DNA of 64,000 bases from assembly GCA_964019335.1 (NCBI GenBank), contig OZ025735.1, forward strand, positions 124,001 through 188,000. Reading direction: 5' to 3'. This document shows, piece after piece, positions 31,198 to 41,613 of the stretch (positions are counted from its first letter, which is position 1; each line of letters begins with the position of its first letter). Origin of the DNA: Diplonema japonicum. Lineage: Eukaryota; Protista; Euglenozoa: Diplonemea. The position numbers and the translations under genes are program-made. The notes under the pieces were generated by a model. The model saw only the letters and a program-made list of their open reading frames with translations. It was not told the origin of the DNA and did no database searches.

Positions 31198-32185
31198 ATG
31201 AAAAAAATGGGCGCGAGAGTAGCGGGTAGAGGTAGAAAGTCGTTTGATAATAATATGGAAGAGGGGGCGAGGGCAAGGCCGTATTACAGCAGGAGCAGTG
31301 CGTCGCAAGGGCAGCACGCACGAGACGGGGAAGACGACATCGTCGGGTTGATAAAAAGCGCACAGAGGAGGGACAAGGAATGGGCAACAGCATGGGCGGA
31401 ATATTGCGAAGAGTTTGGAGGCGGCACACAAGACCCAAACAGGCACAGCACGGGGTTTCTGTGCAGGGCACTAAAGGACCTTGGGCTCCCCGCATCGGAA
31501 GGGAATCTAGAACGGCTCATCCAGCGAGTGAAGCAGTACCAAAGAAGGTCCACAGGCGACGACAGCCTCTGGAACTTATACTGCTCCGAACACGGCACAG
31601 AAAACGTATTTGACCCTGCACAGTACCCGGAAACTTTTTTAAAAAAAGCAATGCAACACATTCAGGAGAACGAGGTAACGACGGTCGGGTCGTCGCAGCC
31701 TGCAAGCGATAGTTTGATCGCTGAGGTGAAAACTCTGCAAAAGGCAAACTCTATCGCCAACGATGCGTGGATGGAGTTCTGCGAGCTGAAGGGGCGCAGT
31801 GTTTTGGACCCATCCCGACACACATCAGGCTTCCTGCGATCGGGCTTGAAGTTCGCCCGCAAGGCGATCAGCCTCGTGGACGCCATCAAGCAGCTCAGTA
31901 GAGATGGCCAACGTGAAATGTGGGTCGCTTACTGCGATGATCGTGGCGATGCTGTCTATGACCCTGCCCTCCACACCTCCGAGTTCCTCGAGGGTGCCGT
32001 GGAGCACCTCATGGGCTCCTCCGAAGATGCTTGCTCGCGACTTCAGATGCTTCAAAAGAAAAACTCCAGTCTGTCCGAAGAATGGCGGAGCTTTTGTGAC
32101 AACCACGGGAATGGTATTTACGACCCGACAAGGCACTCCGACCAGTTTGTGAGGCGTGCGTTAAGAGAGCTTGGGTATGTGGGGG

Positions 32186-32217
<32 letters not shown>

Positions 32218-32230
32218 ACTCAGGTATTAA
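31198..32230 (+). CDS. Protein built from five ~50-aa W-x-x-[YF]-C...DP-x-x-H...F[LV] repeats, 327 aa (start 31198 or 31207)
   Basis: Repeats are visible in the translation. Intron 32175-32223 lies two codons before TAA. Confidence 0.85.
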
Positions 32231-32477
32231 GTCTAAGCCGGCCCTGTTTAAAAAAAAAAAATAATAATAATAAAGAACAAGGAGGAAAACAGAGGAGGGT
32301 TTTTTTTATAAAAAAACACAGTGTTTACGAAGGGCGTGGAGGGAGGGGGGGGGGGGGGGGGGGTAGTCGCTTATTCTTCTTTTTTTTTATGTGCCCGTCC
32401 ACGTTTCCATTTCACACTTTCATCAACATTCCCCCCTTTTTTTTACACCAATACTCGAAGGGGGGGAAAAAAACGAA

Positions 32478-33458
32478 ATGAAACGCGAGCGGGAAGACAC
32501 CGAAGCCCCAACAGAGGTTGCCAAACACAAATGGAGAAGGAACGCCGTCCGCAACACAGTCCTGCTGCTCGACCTCAGCGAGAGCGTCAACAAGAGGGAC
32601 CTCCTTCCGGACAGGATCACGAACGTTTTTGACAACACAACAAGCTTTATTCAAGAGTATTTCAATAAGTGCCCGCTGGGCCGGCTCAGCATTGTGGCAA
32701 CAAGAGAAGGCCATTCCGAAGTAATCTGCGGTCTAGAAGTGACAGAAGGAGAAGCTACGAGAAATATCGAACAAAAGGTAAAAGGAACCTGCGGAAGCGG
32801 GGTCGGAAGCCTGCAAAACTCATTAGAAACAGCGGTTAAAATTCTAGAAAATCAATCGAAGGCAGCCACGAGAGAGATTCTTGTTCTGTGGTCTTCCTGC
32901 GGGACCTCTGACCCGGGTGATATTTCAGCAACCGTTAGAAAAGTAGCGAAAAACAACATCGTGTGTAACATTATCGGTCTAGGTGGGCAGTTGCATGTTC
33001 TTTCGGCTCTGGCGAACGCGACTAAGGGTGTGTACACCGTCCCGCGGCATGAGGAGCACTTCAAGGAGGTGGTGCTGTCATTCACATCTGCAGGCTTGGT
33101 GTCGGACAGCCTTCCAGCTTATTTTGTACCGATGGGGTTCCCCCCGATGGATGCAAAAGGTTCAAAACTGTGTCCAAAGTGTTGGACCCCTGCGGCGTCG
33201 TTCCCGTCGCTTTGCCCTGTCTGTGGGGTGACGCTGTTGTCATCTGCTCATATAGCACGGTCTTTCTACAGTTTGTATAGCATCCCTCTGCAGGTGAAAT
33301 CTGAAGGGAAGGCCGACCTCGGTAAGCGATGCTTTGCATGCACCGAGATCACGACAGATTTGTCTTCGGTCTCAACGTGCAGCGCGTGCGAGAATTTATT
33401 CTGCGGCCCCTGCGCGGGGTTCGTGAAGGAGAAACTGAATTTTTGTCCGGGCTGTTAA
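32478..33458 (+). CDS. GTF2H2: TFIIH subunit p44/Ssl1
   Basis: vWA domain (LLLDLSESV..DLLPDR, SLQNSLE, SDPGDI), GFP, CPKC..CPVCGVTLLSSAHIARS, C-terminal C-rich finger ending CPGC. Confidence 0.93.
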   Translation: MKREREDTEAPTEVAKHKWRRNAVRNTVLLLDLSESVNKRDLLPDRITNVFDNTTSFIQEYFNKCPLGRLSIVATREGHSEVICGLEVTEGEATRNIEQKVKGTCGSGVGSLQNSLETAVKILENQSKAATREILVLWSSCGTSDPGDISATVRKVAKNNIVCNIIGLGGQLHVLSALANATKGVYTVPRHEEHFKEVVLSFTSAGLVSDSLPAYFVPMGFPPMDAKGSKLCPKCWTPAASFPSLCPVCGVTLLSSAHIARSFYSLYSIPLQVKSEGKADLGKRCFACTEITTDLSSVSTCSACENLFCGPCAGFVKEKLNFCPGC

Positions 33459-33567
33459 GCCCCCCTCCCTTCCTTATTGAGATTTGTTTTTTTTTTTCCC
33501 CGCCCCACCTCTTACATCACAAAAAAAAAGTACACATAAAAAAAAAAAAAATTTCTTTTATAAGTAA

Positions 33568-34223
33568 ATGGCCAGCACAGCCCACTACGATGCGCTCATG
33601 AAGTGCATTATAATAGGTGACTGTGGGACGGGAAAGAGCTGTATTTTGCACATGTTCACAGAAGGGAGGTTTCTGGAGGACCAGACGCACACCATAGGGG
33701 TGGAATTCGGCGCCAAGATCATCAAGGTGATGGGGAAGGACGTGAAGCTACAGGTGTGCCTCACTCAACAAAAAGAAAACCCCCCTTTCTCCAGATCTGG
33801 GACACGGCAGGGCAGGAGAAATACCGGAGCGTAACGAGAAGTTACTACAGGGCAGCGGCTGCTGGGCTAATCGTGTTTGATTTGACTGATAGGAAAACTT
33901 TTCAGAGTGTCGAACAATGGCTTGCCGATGCAAGGCGTTTCGCCGGAGAGGACATTGTCGTCATGCTTGTGGGGAATAAGTCTGACCTAAGCTATGGCGA
34001 CCAACGAAAGGTCACAACCCAAGAGGCCACACAGCTTGCAAACGACAAGGGGATGCTGTATTTCGAGACCAGTGCAGTAACCGGAGAGTACGTCGAGGAG
34101 GCCTTCTTGAAAATAGCCAAATCCGTTATGCTCCGTCAACCCGACCTCCCTGCAGCGAGTGAGGCTGAGGGCGGCCTCTCAGGGTCTTCCTCAGGACGGA
34201 AGAAAAAATCGTGTTCTTGTTAA
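33568..34223 (+). CDS. RAB4: Rab GTPase, Rab4-like, 204 aa
   Basis: GDCGTGKS, HTIGVEFG, WDTAGQE..RSVTRSYYR, GNKSD, ETSA, CSC end. Intron 33754-33794. Confidence 0.9.
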
Positions 34224-34441
34224 AAAAGATTTTTTTTTTTTCTTTCTTCTTCCATTAAGAGTTGGCTAATAGATATCCCCCCCCTCCTAATTTTTTTTAA
34301 ATTCCAAGTTTTTTTTTTTCCACAAAAGTGATATATAGATACAAAGAAGAGGAAGGGGTGGGGTGTGGTATCACTTTAATTACTTTAAAAAAAAAATTAC
34401 TATCTTCCCTCTTCTCCGTACAGTCTTTCCGGATCATTTCT

Positions 34442-34527
34442 TTTTTATTTTTATTTTTATTTTTATTTTTATTTTTATTTTTATTTTTATTTTTATTTTT
34501 ATTTTTATTTTTATTTTTATTTTTATT
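34442..34527. repeat. (TTTTTA)n microsatellite
   Basis: About 14 tandem hexamers. Confidence 0.9.
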
Positions 34528-35677
34528 ATCCCATTGTTGGCTTTCTAAGAGTTAATTTTTAAAAAGAAAAAGAAAATAAGGGACCACCAACAAAGGGACA
34601 TAAGCTTCACGGCGCTGGAGGGGGGGGGATTTGGTGAAATACAGTAGCGATTGTATTGTTATTTGGCGGGGAAAAGAACAATAATAATAATGAAAAGCTC
34701 TTTCTTTTTTTTTTTTGTGTGTTTTTCTCTTTCTAACTTCGATCCCCCTTTCTCCCCTTAAGTCTAAAAAAAAAAAAAGAAGAAGAAATTATGCACTTCG
34801 ATTTATTTATGCTTCTACATGGTACGAGCTTCTGATACCTCCTACCAATTCCGTTTCTGATTTTATTTTCCCTTTTTCTTTTTTAAAGCAAACACTTTTG
34901 GTCTTTGAATTCCACAAAAAGAGAGGAAAGAATGGGGGGGGGGGGGGGGGGGGGGGGGCTTCTGTAAGGAATAAGATGAAAATTAAAAAAAAAGAAAAAA
35001 GAAATGGTGATGCCTTTTGAGTTTTCTTTCAAACTCCTTACTCTCCTTGAGTACACACATCAAGGAAGGTGCAGTGGATGTTTCTCTCTTGCGCCTCTTT
35101 AAAAAAAAGTGGGGACACACAGTACACTGTTTCTTCACTGGTAGAAAGAAAGAGAAAAAAAAAAAAAAGTAAATTGACAAAGAAGAGTGGCCAGTACTGT
35201 TTTTTCCCCCTTCTTTTTTTTTTTTTTTATAACAAATTGGACATGCTGGTGAACGCGAAAAACGCGAACTTTTTTAAGTCTGGTTTTTTTTTTTTTGTTT
35301 ATCTTTTCCCATTCCACTGTACAAACTTTTTCTTCCCCTCCCTTATCCCCCCCCCCCCCCCCCCCCCACCAACAAGTACTGTTTCAGGTTTCTTTTCTTT
35401 GCAAGAAATCATCTGAATTTAAAAAAAAATAATAAAAAATAAAATAAAAAAAGAAAGAATCAAATGTCATGCGATATTGCATGCACAGGCAAATCCTTTT
35501 TTTTTTAAAAAAAAGAACCCACCAACTCTTTTTCTTTTCTTTTTTTTTTTTCCTTTCTTCTTTTCATTCTCCCACCCCCTTCCCCCCCTATTCTAACAAA
35601 AAAAAAAACCTACCTTCTTATACATATGAGTGTTGTTTTTTCTAACCCCTGAAAAAAAAACTTTTTTGTGTTTCGTA

Positions 35678-35711
<34 letters not shown>

Positions 35712-35720
35712 CCCCAATGT

Positions 35721-35755
<35 letters not shown>

Positions 35756-35757
35756 TA

Positions 35758-37998
35758 ATGAGTAAATATGAAGTCGAAGGCTCCGTTGCGAGTGAAACTT
35801 CTGAAAAGAAGTCTGTTGGTTCAACAGGCCTTCCCGGCGGGCAACGAGGGTTGCAGCTGACGGCCGCTGCCTTGGGACGACTACCAGCACAACGAAAGGC
35901 TTCTCGATCTAAATCAAGGAGGTCCAGCGCAAGCGCCACCCTATCAATGTTCAACGTTCTAAAAAAGATGAAAAACGAAAGAGTAAAAGCCCGGCAGGAC
36001 CGAAAACGAGGCCAACAGTTCTCCGTCTTGCAAAAATCAAAGGACTCCCTGACACACCTGGAGTCCGCAATGAAGTCCGCTGTTCTCCAACCCGACTCCA
36101 CCTGGCGACAAGCCTGGGATCTCCTCGTCCTCTTCTTCATTATGTATTACTGGATCTTCGTCCCGCTTCTCTATGTTGCCAGCCGTGTGAACTTTATTCT
36201 AACCGCTACATGGCACAACGTTATCGAAGTATTTGGAACTACAATTTTCATCATCGATTTAATACTTCAGTTCAACACTGCTACGATAGAACCGGAAACG
36301 GGGATCGTTCACCATTCAAGAACGAAAATCAGACAGTTATACTTGTATAATAACTTCACTTGGGATTTTTTGTCAGCGTTGCCGTTGGACCTGCTCACGG
36401 TGTGGATCCTTGGAGAGGATTACCAAGGAAGATGGGTGTACATCTTGGTGTCGCACCTCCGTCTTCTTAAACTCTTCCGCGTTGGTTCACTGTTCAAAAT
36501 AGTCAACAGCATGAAGCTAGACTCCCAAGCTGTTCATTTCCACTACGGTATTGTCCCCAATGTTAAAATGGCGTTCGGCTGCGTTCTGGGACTTCACGTT
36601 ATCACCGTTCTGTTTATGTTGATCAACCAGAACGATACTTTTATAGATACTGACTCCGGTGAAATATCGGATTATAGTTACACGACCTCGTTGTACTGGA
36701 CGTTGTACACAGTTTCGTCTGTTGGGTACGGTGATATTCCAGTTGATACGCCATGGAAACGCAGGTTTGCGTCGTTGTTGTGCGTTGTGGGTGTGGTGTT
36801 GCATGGGATTGTTATCTCGGAGATCTCGTCCAGAATGCAGAAGGGCGATGTGCAATCTGAACGAAGGGATAAAATGAAGGAAACTTTGAATATTATGCAT
36901 GTTTTCAGCATCCCGGAGGAGCTTCAGAAAGAGGTCTTCGCGTTTCAATACCACCAGCTGCACAGCTCGATGGGAGGGCAGTTCATCAAAGTTCTCGACA
37001 CACTGCCTTCATCAATGCGTAACAGAGTTGATTTATACGTTCGGGTCAAGTTTATCTGCAAAGTACCGATGTTTGCCGAGCAGGATATCAATTGTTTGGT
37101 CGACCTCGCGAACGGTTTGCGAAACCTTATTTTCGAACCGGAGGAGATTATCATCAAGGCGGGGGATGACGGGGCGGAAATGTACTTTTTGGCGCATGGT
37201 TTTGGAGATGTTCTATCACCCGCTGGAATGCACTTGGGGGTTATCCGACCAGGGGGTTTCTTCGGCGAAATGGCCTTGCTGTCGTCCGCCAAGCGGAACG
37301 CAACAATCCGCGCGTTGTCTTACTGCGATTTGTTCATGCTTCAAAAAGACAAATTCGTCGAAATTTTACAAAAATACCCCGGGTTGGAATGGACGGTTAA
37401 GAACGAGGTACAACGGAGAGAAGCTTCAGGTAAGAAACAAGATTCTTCAGACGAGGAAGAAACAAGTAATAACATGGAAATGCGGGAGATGACGGAGCGA
37501 ACGACCTCGGAACCTGAAAATAATTTGGAATCGCAAAAGTCCGGCGACACATTCTCCCCGGGAAGCGAGGGTGGACTCCGCCCACCTGAACCTACTTACG
37601 AAGAACGGCCCATGTCGCAGTTTCACTTACCAGCACCAGAGCAGCGTATTTCCAACGCAACTTCACTTCCTATTATTTCTATGACACCTCCCGTGACAGA
37701 GGGCCGGCGTTCGTCGGTGCTGCCTACACAGATTTTGGAAGTTCGAATAAGCAAGATAGAGAGTAAGCTGGACTTATTGATGAGTTCCATTGCCACCATA
37801 GAGAGGATCCTCACTGTTCCTCCATCCAGCCCCCCAGAGCCACCTTCAGAGCCAGCATCCGGAAGTGGAGAGGAAGAGGAGGAAGAAGAATTGAGGGAGC
37901 CGCATTTGTTCGACCAAACGACTGCGTCCTCCGAACTTCCTTTGCAAGCTGCCGATGTGCAACTACCAAGCGGGACGCCGTCAGAGAGCGAACAGTGA
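35758..37998 (+). CDS. Voltage-gated K+ channel with cyclic-nucleotide-binding domain (KCNH/HCN/CNG superfamily)
   Basis: Six TM segments, S4 HLRLLKLFRV, pore SLYWTLYTVSSVGYGDI, CNBD GFFGEMALL...RNATIRA. Confidence 0.93.
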   Translation: MSKYEVEGSVASETSEKKSVGSTGLPGGQRGLQLTAAALGRLPAQRKASRSKSRRSSASATLSMFNVLKKMKNERVKARQDRKRGQQFSVLQKSKDSLTHLESAMKSAVLQPDSTWRQAWDLLVLFFIMYYWIFVPLLYVASRVNFILTATWHNVIEVFGTTIFIIDLILQFNTATIEPETGIVHHSRTKIRQLYLYNNFTWDFLSALPLDLLTVWILGEDYQGRWVYILVSHLRLLKLFRVGSLFKIVNSMKLDSQAVHFHYGIVPNVKMAFGCVLGLHVITVLFMLINQNDTFIDTDSGEISDYSYTTSLYWTLYTVSSVGYGDIPVDTPWKRRFASLLCVVGVVLHGIVISEISSRMQKGDVQSERRDKMKETLNIMHVFSIPEELQKEVFAFQYHQLHSSMGGQFIKVLDTLPSSMRNRVDLYVRVKFICKVPMFAEQDINCLVDLANGLRNLIFEPEEIIIKAGDDGAEMYFLAHGFGDVLSPAGMHLGVIRPGGFFGEMALLSSAKRNATIRALSYCDLFMLQKDKFVEILQKYPGLEWTVKNEVQRREASGKKQDSSDEEETSNNMEMREMTERTTSEPENNLESQKSGDTFSPGSEGGLRPPEPTYEERPMSQFHLPAPEQRISNATSLPIISMTPPVTEGRRSSVLPTQILEVRISKIESKLDLLMSSIATIERILTVPPSSPPEPPSEPASGSGEEEEEEELREPHLFDQTTASSELPLQAADVQLPSGTPSESEQ

Positions 37999-38011
37999 AA
38001 GGGGGGAGGAG

Positions 38012-38046
<35 letters not shown>

Positions 38047-38900
38047 AACCTGTGTGCGATTACATTTTTCTTTTTTTTTTTAAAAAAAAAGCCCTTACAG
38101 GGAACGGGAGGGAGGGGGTTAGAAACTTCTTCCAACGCAACCCCCTCCTTTTTTTTTTTGCCAAGACCCCGCATAGAGGGGATAAAATAAACTCAAAAAA
38201 GAATATAAAAAAGGGGGGGAGGGTCTTACAAACTTATCGAGAACAGTGTTCTCAAAAGAAAAAAAAATACAAAAGTTTAAAAAAGAAAACACACCGTGTA
38301 CTTTGTTCCTTCCTTCATCTTCTTCCGAGACGCTTCTAGATAAATGGCAAAAGGGTGGGGGGGGGGGGGGGGGGAGAGACGAGTTTCCTCTTTTTCTTTG
38401 AGTTAAAGTTAGATTCTTTTTCTTTTTTAAAAAAAAAAACTTCCTCTTTATTGATGTTATTCTCGTGCAATGCCTGTTGTTGATCACTCACTCGCAGTGG
38501 ATCTTTTTTTTTTTTCTTCTCTCTCTCTTTTGTAGGTACTCAAGGTATCTCGTTTGATAATTAATTATGAGGAAATGAAAGAAACACACCAAGAGGTGGG
38601 GGAAAAGGCATTTTTTTTTTCTTTCAAGAAAGGAAGAAAAAAAACAAAGGGGGGGGAAGGGAAAAAAACAAAAAAACAGATTTCGTCCCCATTTCTTTAA
38701 TGTCATCCCCTCCTCCCCTCCTTAATTCACCCCCCCCTCCATTACCTCTTTTTTTTTTTTTTTCCTTTTTTCTTTTATCTTTTCATAGTATTGGTTCTTT
38801 GTTTCTCATCCGTTATGTTGGGCTTCTTCCCCCCCCCCCTCCTTTTTTTTGTGTTACTCCGTTTAATTTTTTCCCCGCAAAAAAAAAAAAAAAAGGCATT

Positions 38901-39849
38901 ATGAGTGTAGCACCGCTGCCTGCAATGGCGGGCTTGGACATCTCCACTTACCGACGAGAGCAGCCTAACAGCGATGTTGAAGAAGTTATTTTCAGTCCGG
39001 ACAAGAAGGGGATGGCTGTTAAACCCATACCTCCCCCCGTGCATTATCCTGTTGTGCCACCCGAAGGCAAGCTACAACCCGCACAGGAACTGAAGGAATT
39101 CGATCAGGTTAAAGAGCTGCTCTTGAGGGCGGGAGTGGACGAGGGGGTCGTATCGCTACAGGTTGCGGCAATGCAAAAAGAAGTCGAAGCGAAAAAAGAA
39201 AAAAAAGAACAGGAAAGAAAACCCATCGAGCAACTTGTAGAAGAGGAGGTAGAGAAACGGATGAACCGGGTCGAAGAAAAAGTTCGGGAAATGGCGCAGA
39301 ACTTTGAGAAGGAGCTCGCTACGCTAAGAAACGAGGTGGAACTCCTCAAGAAGGAGAAGGAAAAGGAGAAGGATGAGTTAGAGATAAAAGAGCTTTTCCC
39401 TGAAGGAACACCCGCTGCCACTCCAGCTGTGACCGATGTCCGCAACCGTAGGATATTGTCCCCACGGCCCGAGCCTGATGCACAGTCTGCGACCGTGGTA
39501 CCACCTACTACTTCGCCAGTTCGGAATATCTTGGCGACCGTTAACAGTTTGGCTCAGCCAAGAAGAGAGTTACCTCCCCCAGCACACGCGCCTTGCCGGT
39601 GGTGTGGGAAAGTTGCTCCCCCTGAGCATCAGTCATGGAGGTGTGCGTCAAGGTATAGATGGATCAATTCTTTTTTTAAAAATTTTTTTTATTCATCCGC
39701 AGGCCAATATTCTGTAGGGGTTGCAACAAGGAAGTCACCGCGAAAGAATATCTTGAACATATCAACACATGCAAGGTATTTTTTTTTGAGACAACAAAAA
39801 AAAAAAATGATAGAATGCCGAACAACCACCTGAGGTCACGCTTTTTTAG
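38901..39849 (+). CDS. Coiled-coil protein with C-terminal TRAF-type zinc finger(s), 286 aa
   Basis: CRWC...H...C then, after removing introns 39653-39702 and 39776-39813, RPIFCRGC...EHINTC. Confidence 0.8.
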
Positions 39850-40148
39850 ATTTTCTCCCCCCCCCCCCCCCATCATCGATTTTTGAAAAATTGAATGGGA
39901 AGAAAGAAAAAGAAAAGAGGGGGGGGAAAAAAAACTGTTTTAAACATCCCCATGTACTACTCCCGTATATAAATAGACTGTATCCCCCGCACCCTTCCCC
40001 CCCCAAAGAAAAAAGAAATAAACTAGAAAAAAACCCCCGTATTACCCTGTAAAAAATTATTGCGTTACCGCAAACCCGAACAAAAAAAATTAAAAAAAAA
40101 AAAACAGGAATTAAAAAGAGGGCGGGGGAGGAGAAGAGATGTGAAAAA

Positions 40149-41288
40149 ATGAGGCCCTCACGAAGGTTGCTCTCCTGGGATATAGCAAGGTACAACAGAA
40201 GGAGAGCACCCACCGACCGCCAGTCCATGGACAGAATTCAGCAAGCGTGGGGAAACACCGACATGAAAAGAATGGGCCACCAAGAAGGACGTAAAAGGTT
40301 CAAAAAACTCTTGGACACGCTAGAACAGCTCAAACAAGAAAACGCAGAAATAGGCGTCCGATCGTTCAATAAATGCTTCTCACTACTGGGACATGTCAAG
40401 GGGCTCACTCTCATGGAGCGTCTAATCAAAAAAATGAATACGGAAAGAGTACACCCTGACAGCATAACCACAACAATAATAGCCGGTGCCTACGCGTCAG
40501 CTGGAAACATTGAAAAAACCAAACAGTGGATAGGCAACTCCCAACCAAAATTGTTACTCCGAGCCATGGCCGTCAACGGAGGCCCGCAATCTGAAGCGTT
40601 TCGAGTTTTCAACAGCATCCCACACAAGGACAAGGACTCCGTTACCTACCTCAACGTGATACGCTCCTGCATCGTGACGAGAAACGCTCTGAGCGCCATC
40701 GACGAGATGCGAAAAAACTGCAGAGAGCAGCCCAATGTCAAACATTACAACGCTGCCATCTTTGTAGCCTGTAAGAAGATTGACGTGGCTGGTTGCAGAA
40801 TCATAAAGCACGAGATGAAGCTCCACCGGATTATTCCGACCTCAGCTACATTTCACGGCCTCATCCAAATCTACGGTAAGAGAGGCGACATGGCGCTTGT
40901 AAACAAGTTTATGTCAAAGGTCGACCCCGTCACAAGCAGCTCTATGGAGGCGTATATCCTCGCCTTGTCAAATACAGTGAAAAAGGGTGTTGACGTCCCA
41001 AGCAATGTTTCAACGGCGGAGACCGCATTTGCCTACGCGAGGTCGCAGCATCTTGACACGTACCCTGTTTGGAAAGCCATGTTTCTTGTTTACTCGATGG
41101 TCCCTTTGCTCGGGTACGTTCCCAAGGCGAGGTCTCTTCACGACAGCTATTTGACTGCCGTGTCTGCGAAGTACCTGCCGCCTCCTTCCCAAGCGATACT
41201 GTCGATTATCGACCGGGCAACAAACACGAAGGAACCCATGATCCCTGCTGGGACGCGGGTCAGTGCGTTGCAATTTGTTGACAAGTAA
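40149..41288 (+). CDS. Pentatricopeptide-repeat protein (probably mitochondrial)
   Basis: PPR-like motifs PDSITTTIIAGAYASAG, DSVTYLNVI, PNVKHYNAAI, PTSATFHGLIQIYGKRG. Confidence 0.85.
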   Translation: MRPSRRLLSWDIARYNRRRAPTDRQSMDRIQQAWGNTDMKRMGHQEGRKRFKKLLDTLEQLKQENAEIGVRSFNKCFSLLGHVKGLTLMERLIKKMNTERVHPDSITTTIIAGAYASAGNIEKTKQWIGNSQPKLLLRAMAVNGGPQSEAFRVFNSIPHKDKDSVTYLNVIRSCIVTRNALSAIDEMRKNCREQPNVKHYNAAIFVACKKIDVAGCRIIKHEMKLHRIIPTSATFHGLIQIYGKRGDMALVNKFMSKVDPVTSSSMEAYILALSNTVKKGVDVPSNVSTAETAFAYARSQHLDTYPVWKAMFLVYSMVPLLGYVPKARSLHDSYLTAVSAKYLPPPSQAILSIIDRATNTKEPMIPAGTRVSALQFVDK

Positions 41289-41613
41289 TCTTTTTATATT
41301 TTTTTCTTCTATATTTTTTTTCTCCCCCTCCCTCCTGGGCGCATTCTTTAAGTAATCGAGGATTTTAGCAACCACTGTCCCCGCATGAGGCTCCTACCTT
41401 CTCGGACACCTTCAGGTGGGTCACCCAGCACCCTCATGTCCGTGGCTGTTCCCTTCCATGTGCTTGCCTCCTGATGGCTCTGCTGCTGATGTTGAAACTG
41501 TTCGTGTCCCGAGAACAACGCTTGAATCTGATTTTAAAAAAAAAAAAAAAAAAAAGAAATTCCAGGAGGAGGGCGGGAGGGGAGGGGAGGGAGAGAAAGA
41601 AATAAAAGGGAGA

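Noticed and set aside
41335-41532. Complex-sequence island ending in CTGA (possible box C/D snoRNA or extra AAA exon)
   Set aside because: No canonical RUGAUGA box C, no terminal stem, and no convincing splice or reading frame.
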